NCBI GenBank assembly: GCA_043767805.1
Contig: JAYUGC010000178.1
Span: 1-21,439 of the forward strand
Source: Pseudomonadota bacterium
GTDB taxonomy: Bacteria > Bdellovibrionota > FAC87 > UBA2466
Reading direction: 5' to 3'
DNA length: 21,439 bases
The notes under the pieces were generated by a model. That model saw only the letters and a list, made by a program, of their open reading frames with translations, was not told where the DNA came from and ran no database searches. Shown here piece by piece: positions 8,620 to 16,662 of the stretch; position 1 is the stretch's first letter; the number at the start of each line of letters is the position of its first letter. Position numbers and translations under genes: made by a program.

Positions 8620-10017
8620 ATGCCCGATAATGGAGAAATGCACAGCCACGGATGGGGTTTCGGCCGTTTCACCTTGGGCCTTCTTTTTCTCGTGAGTCCC
8701 GCCTTTGGAAGCAAACCCCTCCCTTTAGCGCCGGGCGCGAGCTCTCCGCCCCCCGTGACTTGGAGCCAGTGGCTAAACGGAATTTTCGGCTCGAGTCCGG
8801 CCCCGGCGCCCGCCCCAAAAGCCCCGCCGCCCGCGCCGGTGAAGCAGCCGGAGCCCGCCAAAAAAGCGGAGCCCGCGAAAAAGGAAGTTCCCGCCAGCGG
8901 TCCGGCCAAAAAGAAGACCGTGGCTCTGCTTTGCTTCAACAAGCCCAAGACGGCCATGGAAGCGGGCTGCAAGAAAATTAAAGAAATTTTGACCGAGAAG
9001 AAATGTCAGGACGCGGTGGACTTCGTCGAAATCCCCGCGAACTCGGACCCGGCTCAGGTGCAAGCTTTTCTCGAAGAGAAAAAACTGCCGAAGGACACCA
9101 TCGTCCTGGTCAACGCGCACTCAGGCAACGTCAGCCAACTCGTGACGGAGACTATCGATCCCAAGACCAAGAAGAAAAAGTCCATCTTGGAGAGCCTCGA
9201 AGACTGGCAGGCCCGGGTGAAGCAAGGGGATCAAAATACCTTCCCGCGCGGCGAAGGTCAGAAGGAAATCTCCGGAAAAGAGCTGCGAAAAACTCTGATG
9301 ACCACGCTGGGCACTCCTTCCCTTTGGTTTGATACCTGCGGAGCCGGAGGGCTTTGCCGGTCCGAGGCCTGCGCGGGCGGCACTTGTAAGGCCGCCGAGC
9401 TAACCATCAGCCTGCGGGACGACGAATGGGTCAGTCCCCCTACGCTTCAAATCCTTTCCCTGCTCTGTAACCCCCAACTTCGCAAGGACGCCGACACCAA
9501 CCACGACGGCGTTTTGGACGGCGAGGAGCTGGAGACCGTGTTTTCCTGCGACGCCAAACGCTACCCGCCCTCGAAAAGCCACAACTTCGGTCCGAGTGAG
9601 GAATTTACGAATGGTTTGGCTCCAGGTTTAAGCAAAAAAGAACGGGAAGCGAAAATCGTCGAGCACATGAAAGAGAGAGACGAGTACTACGCCCAAATTC
9701 TGACTCAGTCCCTCGGCGAGTATCTCTACTATTCTCCGAAAGAGCTGAGCGATCATTTCGCCAAAGACCGCGCCGAGAAAATGCAAAAAGCCTATTCCAA
9801 GGTTTTAGTGCGCGAAGGCATTTACGACAAAGCTAACCAGAGCCTCGATCTGAAGAAGCTGCGTAAATTCGTAAAAGTGAAAAATGAGATTTTAGGGTAC
9901 GGCAATCACCTGATCACGGTGAGCTTGCCGCCCGGTGAGTCCACGCCCGAGTGCTATTGGGGCGGCATGGAACCGTTCTTCCCGGACGTGAAAAATCTGG
10001 AAATACCGACCCACTAA
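8620..10017 (+). CDS. Putative exported clan CD (caspase/legumain-fold) peptidase-like protein; start may be ATG 8638
   Basis: Signal-like LTLGLLFLVSPAFG, then a Pro/Ala/Lys linker, then VALLCFN, IVLVNAHSG (H167), ISGKEL, LWFDTCGAG (C240) and ADTNHDGVLDGEEL. Confidence 0.6.
   Translation: MPDNGEMHSHGWGFGRFTLGLLFLVSPAFGSKPLPLAPGASSPPPVTWSQWLNGIFGSSPAPAPAPKAPPPAPVKQPEPAKKAEPAKKEVPASGPAKKKTVALLCFNKPKTAMEAGCKKIKEILTEKKCQDAVDFVEIPANSDPAQVQAFLEEKKLPKDTIVLVNAHSGNVSQLVTETIDPKTKKKKSILESLEDWQARVKQGDQNTFPRGEGQKEISGKELRKTLMTTLGTPSLWFDTCGAGGLCRSEACAGGTCKAAELTISLRDDEWVSPPTLQILSLLCNPQLRKDADTNHDGVLDGEELETVFSCDAKRYPPSKSHNFGPSEEFTNGLAPGLSKKEREAKIVEHMKERDEYYAQILTQSLGEYLYYSPKELSDHFAKDRAEKMQKAYSKVLVREGIYDKANQSLDLKKLRKFVKVKNEILGYGNHLITVSLPPGESTPECYWGGMEPFFPDVKNLEIPTH
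8851..8886 (+). repeat. Imperfect 18-bp tandem repeat encoding EPAKK-x twice, in a low-complexity linker
   Basis: gagcccgccaaaaaagcg followed by gagcccgcgaaaaaggaa. Confidence 0.6.
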
Positions 10018-10022
10018 CGCCA
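10014..10022. repeat. Target-site duplication, left copy (CTAACGCCA)
   Basis: Identical to 11020-11028; abuts the left inverted repeat. Confidence 0.9.
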
Positions 10023-10044
10023 ATACCTGGCTGACTTGAGTGTG
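10023..10044. repeat. Terminal inverted repeat (downstream of transposase)
   Basis: ATACCTGGCTGACTTGAGTGTG versus ATACCTGGCCTACCTGAGTGTG, the reverse complement of 10998-11019. Confidence 0.9.
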
Positions 10045-10077
10045 GGTTTCCGCCTTCGTTGGGTTGGGAGAGCGGTC

Positions 10078-10914
10078 TCAGTTAAGAGCTAAACCGTTGT
10101 GGTAGGCGAGGTATAGGTCGAGGTGGGCTTGGAGGCGTTCGACGCGTTTGGTGGTGACCCAGATCCTTCTCAGTAGGCGGCTAAGATCGGCTCGAAGTTT
10201 TGCTGAGACGTGGTTGACAGAAAACATCGGGTCATCGGGATTTCTTCTGGAGCCTTCGGGCCGAAAGGTTTTGGATGCACTCGGAACGGCGATGTGGGTG
10301 GTACCAGGCAGAATAGCCCTAATCAAAGGGCCGTAGCTTGGGTGTTCATCGGTAGTGAGAGTAGCGGCTTCACTTAGTCGCTTCAGCACCCTTCTACGGA
10401 TCTGGGGGCGGTGATCCCTTCTCGGACCGTACTTGCGAAACGCAAACGCCGCGAGCCGTCCCTTGTAGGGCATCTTCCCCACCTGGATGTCGACGATTTT
10501 TCGAGATCCGGTCTCAACGGCAAGGGCAACGCTCACGGGCTTAAGTCGCGTGTGCTCGAAACTTTCCATCTCATCGAACTCGAGATGGAGAAACTTCTGC
10601 GAATTGAGCCACGCTTCTTGGGCGGTCCTTGCCCGTAAGGCGAGAAAGAGGAACTTCCGCACCACCGTCGTGCGACTCACCCTTAATACCCGAGCCATGC
10701 GCCGCTGAGTGAGCGTGGAGCAGTAGAGCTCGAAGATGACTTTGTTGAGATAGGGCTTTTTCTGGCGAAAGGTTGGGTGATCGGTGCGACTAGAAAACGT
10801 CTTGCGACAGAGCTTGCAGTAATAGCGCGTCACACGCTTTCGACCCCAACGGGTAACAAAATACCCGTGGCGCACTACCTCCTCGCCTCCACACCTTGTA
10901 CAGCTCCCTCTCAC
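10078..10914 (-). CDS. IS1/IS1595-like transposase (zinc ribbon, HTH, DDE/N domain)
   Basis: CTRC...RYYCKLCRKTF zinc ribbon; TQRRMARVLRVSRTTVVR HTH; EFDEM and LTTDEHPSY catalytic motifs; SVNHVSAKLR at the third catalytic position. Confidence 0.88.
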   Translation of the reverse strand: MRGSCTRCGGEEVVRHGYFVTRWGRKRVTRYYCKLCRKTFSSRTDHPTFRQKKPYLNKVIFELYCSTLTQRRMARVLRVSRTTVVRKFLFLALRARTAQEAWLNSQKFLHLEFDEMESFEHTRLKPVSVALAVETGSRKIVDIQVGKMPYKGRLAAFAFRKYGPRRDHRPQIRRRVLKRLSEAATLTTDEHPSYGPLIRAILPGTTHIAVPSASKTFRPEGSRRNPDDPMFSVNHVSAKLRADLSRLLRRIWVTTKRVERLQAHLDLYLAYHNGLALN

Positions 10915-10997
10915 TCGGAAACGGTCTTAGAGCCGGGAGCGCTCCCCCTGCAAGGGACCTAGGGGAGCGGCTTTCCTAGAGGATTACGCAACCCGCA

Positions 10998-11019
10998 CAC
11001 ACTCAGGTAGGCCAGGTAT
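10998..11019. repeat. Terminal inverted repeat (upstream of transposase)
   Basis: CACACTCAGGTAGGCCAGGTAT, inverted partner of 10023-10044. Confidence 0.9.
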
Positions 11020-11028
11020 CTAACGCCA
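11020..11028. repeat. Target-site duplication, right copy (CTAACGCCA)
   Basis: Identical to 10014-10022. Confidence 0.9.
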
Positions 11029-12462
11029 GGTGTGGAGGAAGTTCGTGAAGGATCGGTGCCACTGGGGCGAAGCTTCAAACCCGTATGTCACCGGCGACAC
11101 CACGACGAAGCTGATGACAAGCAGCGCCGCGACCACATAGTAGGAAAGCCGCTGCTTACGTAAGCGCGACGACACGATCCACCCTGCTCCGTCGAGCCAA
11201 AGCGCGACGAAGATAATGCCGAACACGAGCGGCGTGAAGTAGTGGTAGAGAAAGAGCGCTCTCGGAATGAACGCCATTGGCAAGTAAGAAAGCACGAACC
11301 CGGAAAGCGGAATCCATTGCAGCGATCGCGCTTTCTCTCCGCCCGAGGCGAGCTTTAAGCTCGTCACCTTCCCCATGACGGTTACGCCGAGAATGAGGAG
11401 GAGCAAGAGCGAGATGCCGCCCCAGAGCACGGGATTGCCCCAAAGAAAGATCGCCTTGGCTCCATCGGCCCAATAAAAAATGGGCTTGCGATCGATGAGC
11501 CACTCCCACCACTTGCTGGAATTCGGATGAGTCGCGGTGAGAAAGTAATTGGCGCGGAACATGACCGTTTGCAGACCGACGACGTTACCCACGACGGAAG
11601 CGGTGGGCTTAAAGAAGGCGTCGCCCTGTCCCGGTTTGGTGAGCAGCGCGAAGTGCAGCACGAAACCCGCGATGTAGACGGGAATCGCGCCGAGAAGAAT
11701 GAGGCCGAGTCCCTTCACCCCGAACTTGAAATTATCCAGAGTCCGGCGCCCAAACCACGTGCAGAAGAGGACTACGGCCATGAGACCGATACCGGCCGCG
11801 CCCGTCACCTTGGCTCCGATGGCGAGGCCGCTCAAAGCGCCCGCTCCCAAGAGCCAAGCCCAACGCTTACGCGTGCTGCGTTTCAACGCATGCAGGAAGA
11901 CGACGAGTGATCCAAAAAAACTCGAGAGTAAAATGGAGTCCAGTCCCAAAACTCTGGACTGCAGAACGAGGGCGTTATCCAAGGTTACCGCGAGCCCCGC
12001 TAAAAAAGCCGCGGGTCGTGAGGCTCCCAGCTGACGCATGAGAAGCCAAACGAGCAGTGGCAGCAACGCTCCCATTAACGCCGGAAACCAGCGCAGCGCC
12101 CAGGGATTCACATCCCCGTAGGCCTGACCAATATTTTGAAACGGAAAGCCGCCCTTGTACCCCGCCGAAACCGCGGCCGCGGCCAAGATGAGCTTCGCGT
12201 GCGGCGGATGGATGTCGAAAAAGCGTTCCTTGGTGCAGCAGTATGCGGTGATGAACTTTCCGAAATGAACCTCGTCGAAAACCACCGATCTCGGTCGGCC
12301 GAGATAAGCCCCGTGAATGAAAAGACTGACCATCAAAAGAAAACCCGGCGCCTTCCAGCGCGGGCTAGAGGCCGCTTTTTTCACGGAGGGCGAAGTGCGT
12401 CGAACGACCGTGCGCTCGGAGCCCTCGTTGAACGATCTGAGTTTTCTAGGCTTTAGCGCCAT
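11020..12462 (-). CDS. Lipid-carrier-dependent glycosyltransferase, PMT/GT39 (protein O-mannosyltransferase-like)
   Basis: VVFDEVHF, FDIHPP, HPNSSKWWEW, GNPVLW and LFLYHYF motifs with many TM helices. Start reassigned to ATG 12462 because the 12573 start lies deep in the upstream gene. Confidence 0.88.
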   Translation of the reverse strand: MALKPRKLRSFNEGSERTVVRRTSPSVKKAASSPRWKAPGFLLMVSLFIHGAYLGRPRSVVFDEVHFGKFITAYCCTKERFFDIHPPHAKLILAAAAVSAGYKGGFPFQNIGQAYGDVNPWALRWFPALMGALLPLLVWLLMRQLGASRPAAFLAGLAVTLDNALVLQSRVLGLDSILLSSFFGSLVVFLHALKRSTRKRWAWLLGAGALSGLAIGAKVTGAAGIGLMAVVLFCTWFGRRTLDNFKFGVKGLGLILLGAIPVYIAGFVLHFALLTKPGQGDAFFKPTASVVGNVVGLQTVMFRANYFLTATHPNSSKWWEWLIDRKPIFYWADGAKAIFLWGNPVLWGGISLLLLLILGVTVMGKVTSLKLASGGEKARSLQWIPLSGFVLSYLPMAFIPRALFLYHYFTPLVFGIIFVALWLDGAGWIVSSRLRKQRLSYYVVAALLVISFVVVSPVTYGFEASPQWHRSFTNFLHTWR

Positions 12463-13453
12463 GACGATATACGGCTTCCACGATGTAGAGCGGACGGCGC
12501 TGGGTATTGCGGTGGGTACGCACCACATACTGGCCCAAGATCGCGAGTCCAATGAACTGCAAATTGAGAACACCGAGGCCCACAGCCGTCAGCCAGAACG
12601 TACCGTCCGCGGCCCAGCGACCGAGCAAAGCACCGGTCAAAGCCACGATGCCGACGGCGAGACTAGTGACGACCCCGACGCCCGCAAGAAATAGAATAAG
12701 CTGCGCCGGGAAAGAGGAAAACCCGGTGATGTTGTCGAATGCGAGACGGACGAGTTTCGTATAGCGGTACTTGCTATAACCCGCGGCGCGGGGACGCCGG
12801 CGAAAAGAAAGTCCGGTCTGCCTAAATCCGATCCAGCTGATGAGACCGCGAAAAAAACGCGGGTCCTCGCGCAAGCCCCGAAATACGTCCACCACCCGGC
12901 GATCCATCAAACGGAAGTCGCCCGCGTCGGCGGGAAACGGGAAATCGGCGATGGACGACATTAAGCGGTAAAAGATATAGGACGTGACCTTTTTCAAAAT
13001 ACTTTCGCCATCTCGTTTCGCGCGCACGCCATAGACCACTTCGAAACCCTCGCGCCACTTGCGCGCCATTTCGAGGATGAGCTCGGGCGGATCTTGTAAG
13101 TCGGCATCGATGACGATGACCGCCTGACCCGCGGCCTGGTGTACGCCGACGGAAGTCGCAATCTCATGACCAAAGTTACGAGCCAGGCCGATGACCGCGA
13201 CTTTAGCGTCGGCCGCCGATAGCCGGATGAGAATCTCTTTCGAGCCGTCCTGACTGCCGTCATCGACGAAGAGAATTTCGTAAGGCTCCTTCAAGCGAGT
13301 GAGCGTGGCCGTGAGCTCGTGGTAAGTCGTCTCGATGACTTCCTTTTCGTTGAAGACCGGAACGACAATGGAGAAAACGGGCACTTCCGCCGCGTCGGCC
13401 TTGGGGGCCGAGCGAGGAGCTTTGCGCGCTAGTTGTACGCTCGATTTAGCCAC
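12446..13453 (-). CDS. GT2 polyprenol-phosphate glycosyltransferase (GtrB/ArnC-like)
   Basis: SIVVPVFNE, VDDGSQD, RNFGHE, IDADLQDPPE, GDFRLMDR and RFFRGL motifs; two C-terminal TM helices, then RPLYIV. Confidence 0.93.
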   Translation of the reverse strand: MAKSSVQLARKAPRSAPKADAAEVPVFSIVVPVFNEKEVIETTYHELTATLTRLKEPYEILFVDDGSQDGSKEILIRLSAADAKVAVIGLARNFGHEIATSVGVHQAAGQAVIVIDADLQDPPELILEMARKWREGFEVVYGVRAKRDGESILKKVTSYIFYRLMSSIADFPFPADAGDFRLMDRRVVDVFRGLREDPRFFRGLISWIGFRQTGLSFRRRPRAAGYSKYRYTKLVRLAFDNITGFSSFPAQLILFLAGVGVVTSLAVGIVALTGALLGRWAADGTFWLTAVGLGVLNLQFIGLAILGQYVVRTHRNTQRRPLYIVEAVYRHGAKA

Positions 13454-13542
13454 TCCGAGTCTTATCGGCGTGGGCGAGGGGTGGATTGCGGCCTTTATTC
13501 AAACCGCTGGAATAATTAGGTATTTCAAACCAGATTCTAGTC

Positions 13543-14637
13543 CTAGACTAGGACCTGGACCTTAAGATGAGACCAGGCGTTTTCAAAGCGAGTCCGGGGC
13601 ACGCTCACCAGACTTCTGAGCCGGCCGGACTCCAGATTGCGAAACACTTTCACGGGAAGCGCGCGGCGGAGCGCGGAGGCGCCGCCGGGAAAAGCCTCGA
13701 GGATGCCCGCGAGCGCGCGAGGGTAGCCGGTCGTTTGCGGAAGCTTGTTCCAGCCGTCGATGAGCGCTTCGGTGACTTTGCCCACGGCCTCGGGCGGTAA
13801 GCCGCGCGCGATCTTCATGCCCCAGTCGTCAAAGAACGGACCGATGGGAAGGAGCCATTCCCAATGCCCACGCAAAGCCCGCGGCCCGCGGAGCATCAGA
13901 TGTCGGTGGTTTTCCGCCGCCATGTGCGCCTTATTCCAAAGCCCCGCGCGGCCCGACGGAAAAAGGGGCGCATGACCGCGCTTGTAGAGCGCGCGCTTTA
14001 GGGGGTCGTCGTCGGAGAGATTCCAAAGATCGATGACTCGATCGAGATCGCCCAAGTTATGGGCGATGACCGTCGAGGTTCTAAGCAGGTTCAGGGTATC
14101 GCCCTTCTTCTCGAACTCGAGAAAGATTCTCTCCTCCCGGTCCACTTCCGCGTGGATCCGGGCGAGCACAAGCTCTGCGTGTTTCGGCGCGCGCTTTCTG
14201 AGCGCCCCGTAGGCGGCCACCGCGGTGCTGAACCACTCGCCTTGCAAACCTGAAAGCGGCGGCCCGCCCTGCTCGTGCTCCACGTACCTCGTCGTCAAGG
14301 CGCGCCCGCTCCAAAACTCGCTCTCCAAAACGACGTCCGCCATCTGGGCGAGAGTTTCCGTCGGGAGCGTCCCTTCCCAAAGTTTCGAGCGGATGGCGTT
14401 GTCGACGTCGGTCGGAACGAAGCTCGCCACGGTGGCATGATGCGCGGAAAGACATAGCCGGAAATAATCGACGTGACTCTCCACCTTCGCGTCGCCGCGG
14501 CGAAACGCTCTCAGGAAACCGACGTGGGGCTGGGAAGAGTCCTCTCCGAAGGCATCGAGAAAGAGAAAAGGCGCCGTGTTCTCGACATGGGAGAGGAGCA
14601 GCGCCGGCTGGATGCCCTTGCGCACCGTCGAAGGCAA
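13543..14637 (-). CDS. Hypothetical cytoplasmic protein with His/Asp/Glu motifs (start uncertain: CTG 14670, TTG 14637 or GTG 14625)
   Basis: Long open frame with protein-like composition, directly downstream of the barrel gene; motifs SAHHATVASFVPTDVD, GEW, AHNLGDLDR and ENHRH. The track start at 14823 overlaps the upstream gene. Confidence 0.75.
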   Translation of the reverse strand: MPSTVRKGIQPALLLSHVENTAPFLFLDAFGEDSSQPHVGFLRAFRRGDAKVESHVDYFRLCLSAHHATVASFVPTDVDNAIRSKLWEGTLPTETLAQMADVVLESEFWSGRALTTRYVEHEQGGPPLSGLQGEWFSTAVAAYGALRKRAPKHAELVLARIHAEVDREERIFLEFEKKGDTLNLLRTSTVIAHNLGDLDRVIDLWNLSDDDPLKRALYKRGHAPLFPSGRAGLWNKAHMAAENHRHLMLRGPRALRGHWEWLLPIGPFFDDWGMKIARGLPPEAVGKVTEALIDGWNKLPQTTGYPRALAGILEAFPGGASALRRALPVKVFRNLESGRLRSLVSVPRTRFENAWSHLKVQVLV

Positions 14638-14666
14638 CTGGGACTCGATGAGGCTAGGATTGAGAA

Positions 14667-15329
14667 TCAGAACTCCACTCGCATGCCAGCGCGCAAGCCC
14701 TTGGTGGTGAGGTTCAGCGACGCCGACGAAGGAGAGTTGAAGCTCACGTACTCCGCGAACAGATACATATTGTTGATGCCTTGGTCGCGATCGAGATTGG
14801 CGGCCGAGCGGGGCTCGATCCAATCGAGCAAAACCTCGCCACCGAAGGCGACTTCCGTTCCCTGCTGGGTCGAGTTACTTGGCTTCGTCTCGATGCTACC
14901 GACCGTATTGACCTGGCGAGGAATCACGAAGGCCAGCGCGAATCGCGCATAAGGAACCACGTACTGATTTCGAAAATAGTCCAAGCGATAGCTCGCGCCG
15001 AGGGAGGCGACGTTAGCCGAGACCGATCCCGTGTCTCCCGTCGAAAAAAGGGCGGTGCGCGAGAAAACGTACTGATACCCGACGCCGACCCCGATTTTTC
15101 CCCACTTGGTGATGGGCATCCATTCCGCCCAGAAACCGGCGGCGCTTTGAGAAGGAGATACGTCGGCACCTGTCGCGGGATCGAGGAAAAAGCTTTTGTA
15201 CTTGATCGGGCCGTAATGGAGCTCGACGGCAAAGCGCAGCGGCGAGGCATACTCTTCGGGGTCGGCCAGCCCGACCGAGGAGAGAGTCAAAAACCAAAAC
15301 CCCAGGGAGATCAAACTTAGGCGGCGCAC
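14667..15329 (-). CDS. Outer-membrane beta-barrel protein (resembles MXAN_2562 family)
   Basis: Signal peptide, amphipathic strands, YRLDYF...VVPY, LDRDQGINNMYLFAEY and a C-terminal beta-signal GMRVEF. Confidence 0.8.
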   Translation of the reverse strand: MRRLSLISLGFWFLTLSSVGLADPEEYASPLRFAVELHYGPIKYKSFFLDPATGADVSPSQSAAGFWAEWMPITKWGKIGVGVGYQYVFSRTALFSTGDTGSVSANVASLGASYRLDYFRNQYVVPYARFALAFVIPRQVNTVGSIETKPSNSTQQGTEVAFGGEVLLDWIEPRSAANLDRDQGINNMYLFAEYVSFNSPSSASLNLTTKGLRAGMRVEF

Positions 15330-15384
15330 GAGAGTAGTTTAGCACGGCATTTCGGTGATACGATGCACCAAGAGGAACGACGTC

Positions 15385-16662
15385 ATGGATCTCCTGCCTC
15401 GCCTCGATATGGCCCTGTCGCTGGCGTTTCACATCATCTTCGCCTCCATCGGCATGACGATGCCGCTCCTCATGGTTCTGGCCGAGCACCGCTGGCGACG
15501 CACCGCTGAGCCCGAGGCCTTATCCTTAGCCAAGGCCTGGGCCAAAGGAACGGCCGTGCTCTTTGCGGTCGGCGCCGTTTCGGGGACGGTGCTCGCCTTC
15601 GAGCTGGGACTTCTCTTTCCGAAATTCATGGAACTTGCCGGTCCGGTCATCGGCCTTCCTTTCGCGCTGGAAGGCGTCGCCTTTTTCACCGAAGCCGTCT
15701 TTTTGGGGCTTTACCTCTATGGCTGGGATCGGCTGAGCCCTCGCCTGCACCTCGCCGCCGGCTGGGTTGTCGCGGCAAGCGGTTTTTTGTCCGCGGCGTT
15801 TGTGACTCTGGCCAATGCCTGGATGCAAACGCCCACGGGATTTCGGCTGGACGGAGCGAAGCTCATCGATCTCGATCCGTGGAAAGCGCTTTTCTCGCCC
15901 GCCGCCAGTCACGAAGTGCCCCACGGAGTGCTCGCGTCTTATGCCGCGGTGGCCACCTTTGTCGCGGCCATCCACGCGAGCCGGCTCTTGAAGGACCCCC
16001 GCTCGCGGTTTCATCGCCTCGCGCTCAGTCTCGCTTTGCTCGTCGCCATTCCCTGTAACTTGGTGCAGCCGTTACTCGGGCACCGCTCCGGCGCAGAGGT
16101 GGCTCGCCTTCAGCCCTTGAAGCTCGCGGCCCTCGAAGGACATCTCGAAACGCAAAGAGGCGCGCCTTTAAATTTTGGAGGCGTGGAAATTCCGAAGCTC
16201 CTTTCCTTCTTGGCGACCGGAGATTTCAACGGTCTCGTGCGCGGCATGAAAGACTTCGATTCCGCGCTTTGGCCGCCCGCCCTCGCCCGTTACGCGTTTC
16301 AGATCATGCTTCTTTGCGGCGGGACCCTCTTTCTTGGATCGCTTTGGCTTATCTACCGACGCCGGGGCAAGCGAAAAATCGCCGACGATAGAACGGCGCT
16401 GCGTCTCATCTGCTGGCTCGGGCCTTTGGGCGTCATCGCTCTCGAGACGGGCTGGATCGCGGCCGAAGTGGGGCGCCAGCCATGGATCATTTACGGCGTG
16501 ATGCGCACCGATCAGGCAGTCTCCGACCGGCCGCTACTCTGGTTCTCGTTCGCGCTTTTTGCCGCCATTTACCTCGTCTTGGGCGTGGTCGTCGCGGGGA
16601 TCCTTAAGCACTACATTCAGCGCGGGCCCGCGATCGTAAAGGAGAGCGATGGCGTTAACTGA
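15385..16662 (+). CDS. cydA: Cytochrome bd ubiquinol oxidase subunit I (short Q-loop)
   Basis: FHIIF, FAVGAVSG, AFFTEA, ANAWMQTP, QPLKLAALEG and GWIAAEVGRQPW motifs; ATG 15385 preceded by AGAGGA. Confidence 0.96.
   Translation: MDLLPRLDMALSLAFHIIFASIGMTMPLLMVLAEHRWRRTAEPEALSLAKAWAKGTAVLFAVGAVSGTVLAFELGLLFPKFMELAGPVIGLPFALEGVAFFTEAVFLGLYLYGWDRLSPRLHLAAGWVVAASGFLSAAFVTLANAWMQTPTGFRLDGAKLIDLDPWKALFSPAASHEVPHGVLASYAAVATFVAAIHASRLLKDPRSRFHRLALSLALLVAIPCNLVQPLLGHRSGAEVARLQPLKLAALEGHLETQRGAPLNFGGVEIPKLLSFLATGDFNGLVRGMKDFDSALWPPALARYAFQIMLLCGGTLFLGSLWLIYRRRGKRKIADDRTALRLICWLGPLGVIALETGWIAAEVGRQPWIIYGVMRTDQAVSDRPLLWFSFALFAAIYLVLGVVVAGILKHYIQRGPAIVKESDGVN

Larger units (their letters stand above)
10023..11019 (-). 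mobile_element. Complete insertion sequence (997 bp), IS1/IS1595-like
   Basis: 22-bp terminal inverted repeats (19/22 identical), a perfect 9-bp flanking direct repeat and a single transposase ORF. Confidence 0.9.

Noticed and set aside
12463..12573. ORF-track N-terminal extension of the GT39 gene
   Set aside because: Lies inside the GT2 gene; ATG 12462 gives a normal short overlap.
14671..14823. ORF-track N-terminal extension of the hypothetical gene
   Set aside because: Overlaps the barrel gene's C-terminus in another frame and reads as non-protein-like sequence.
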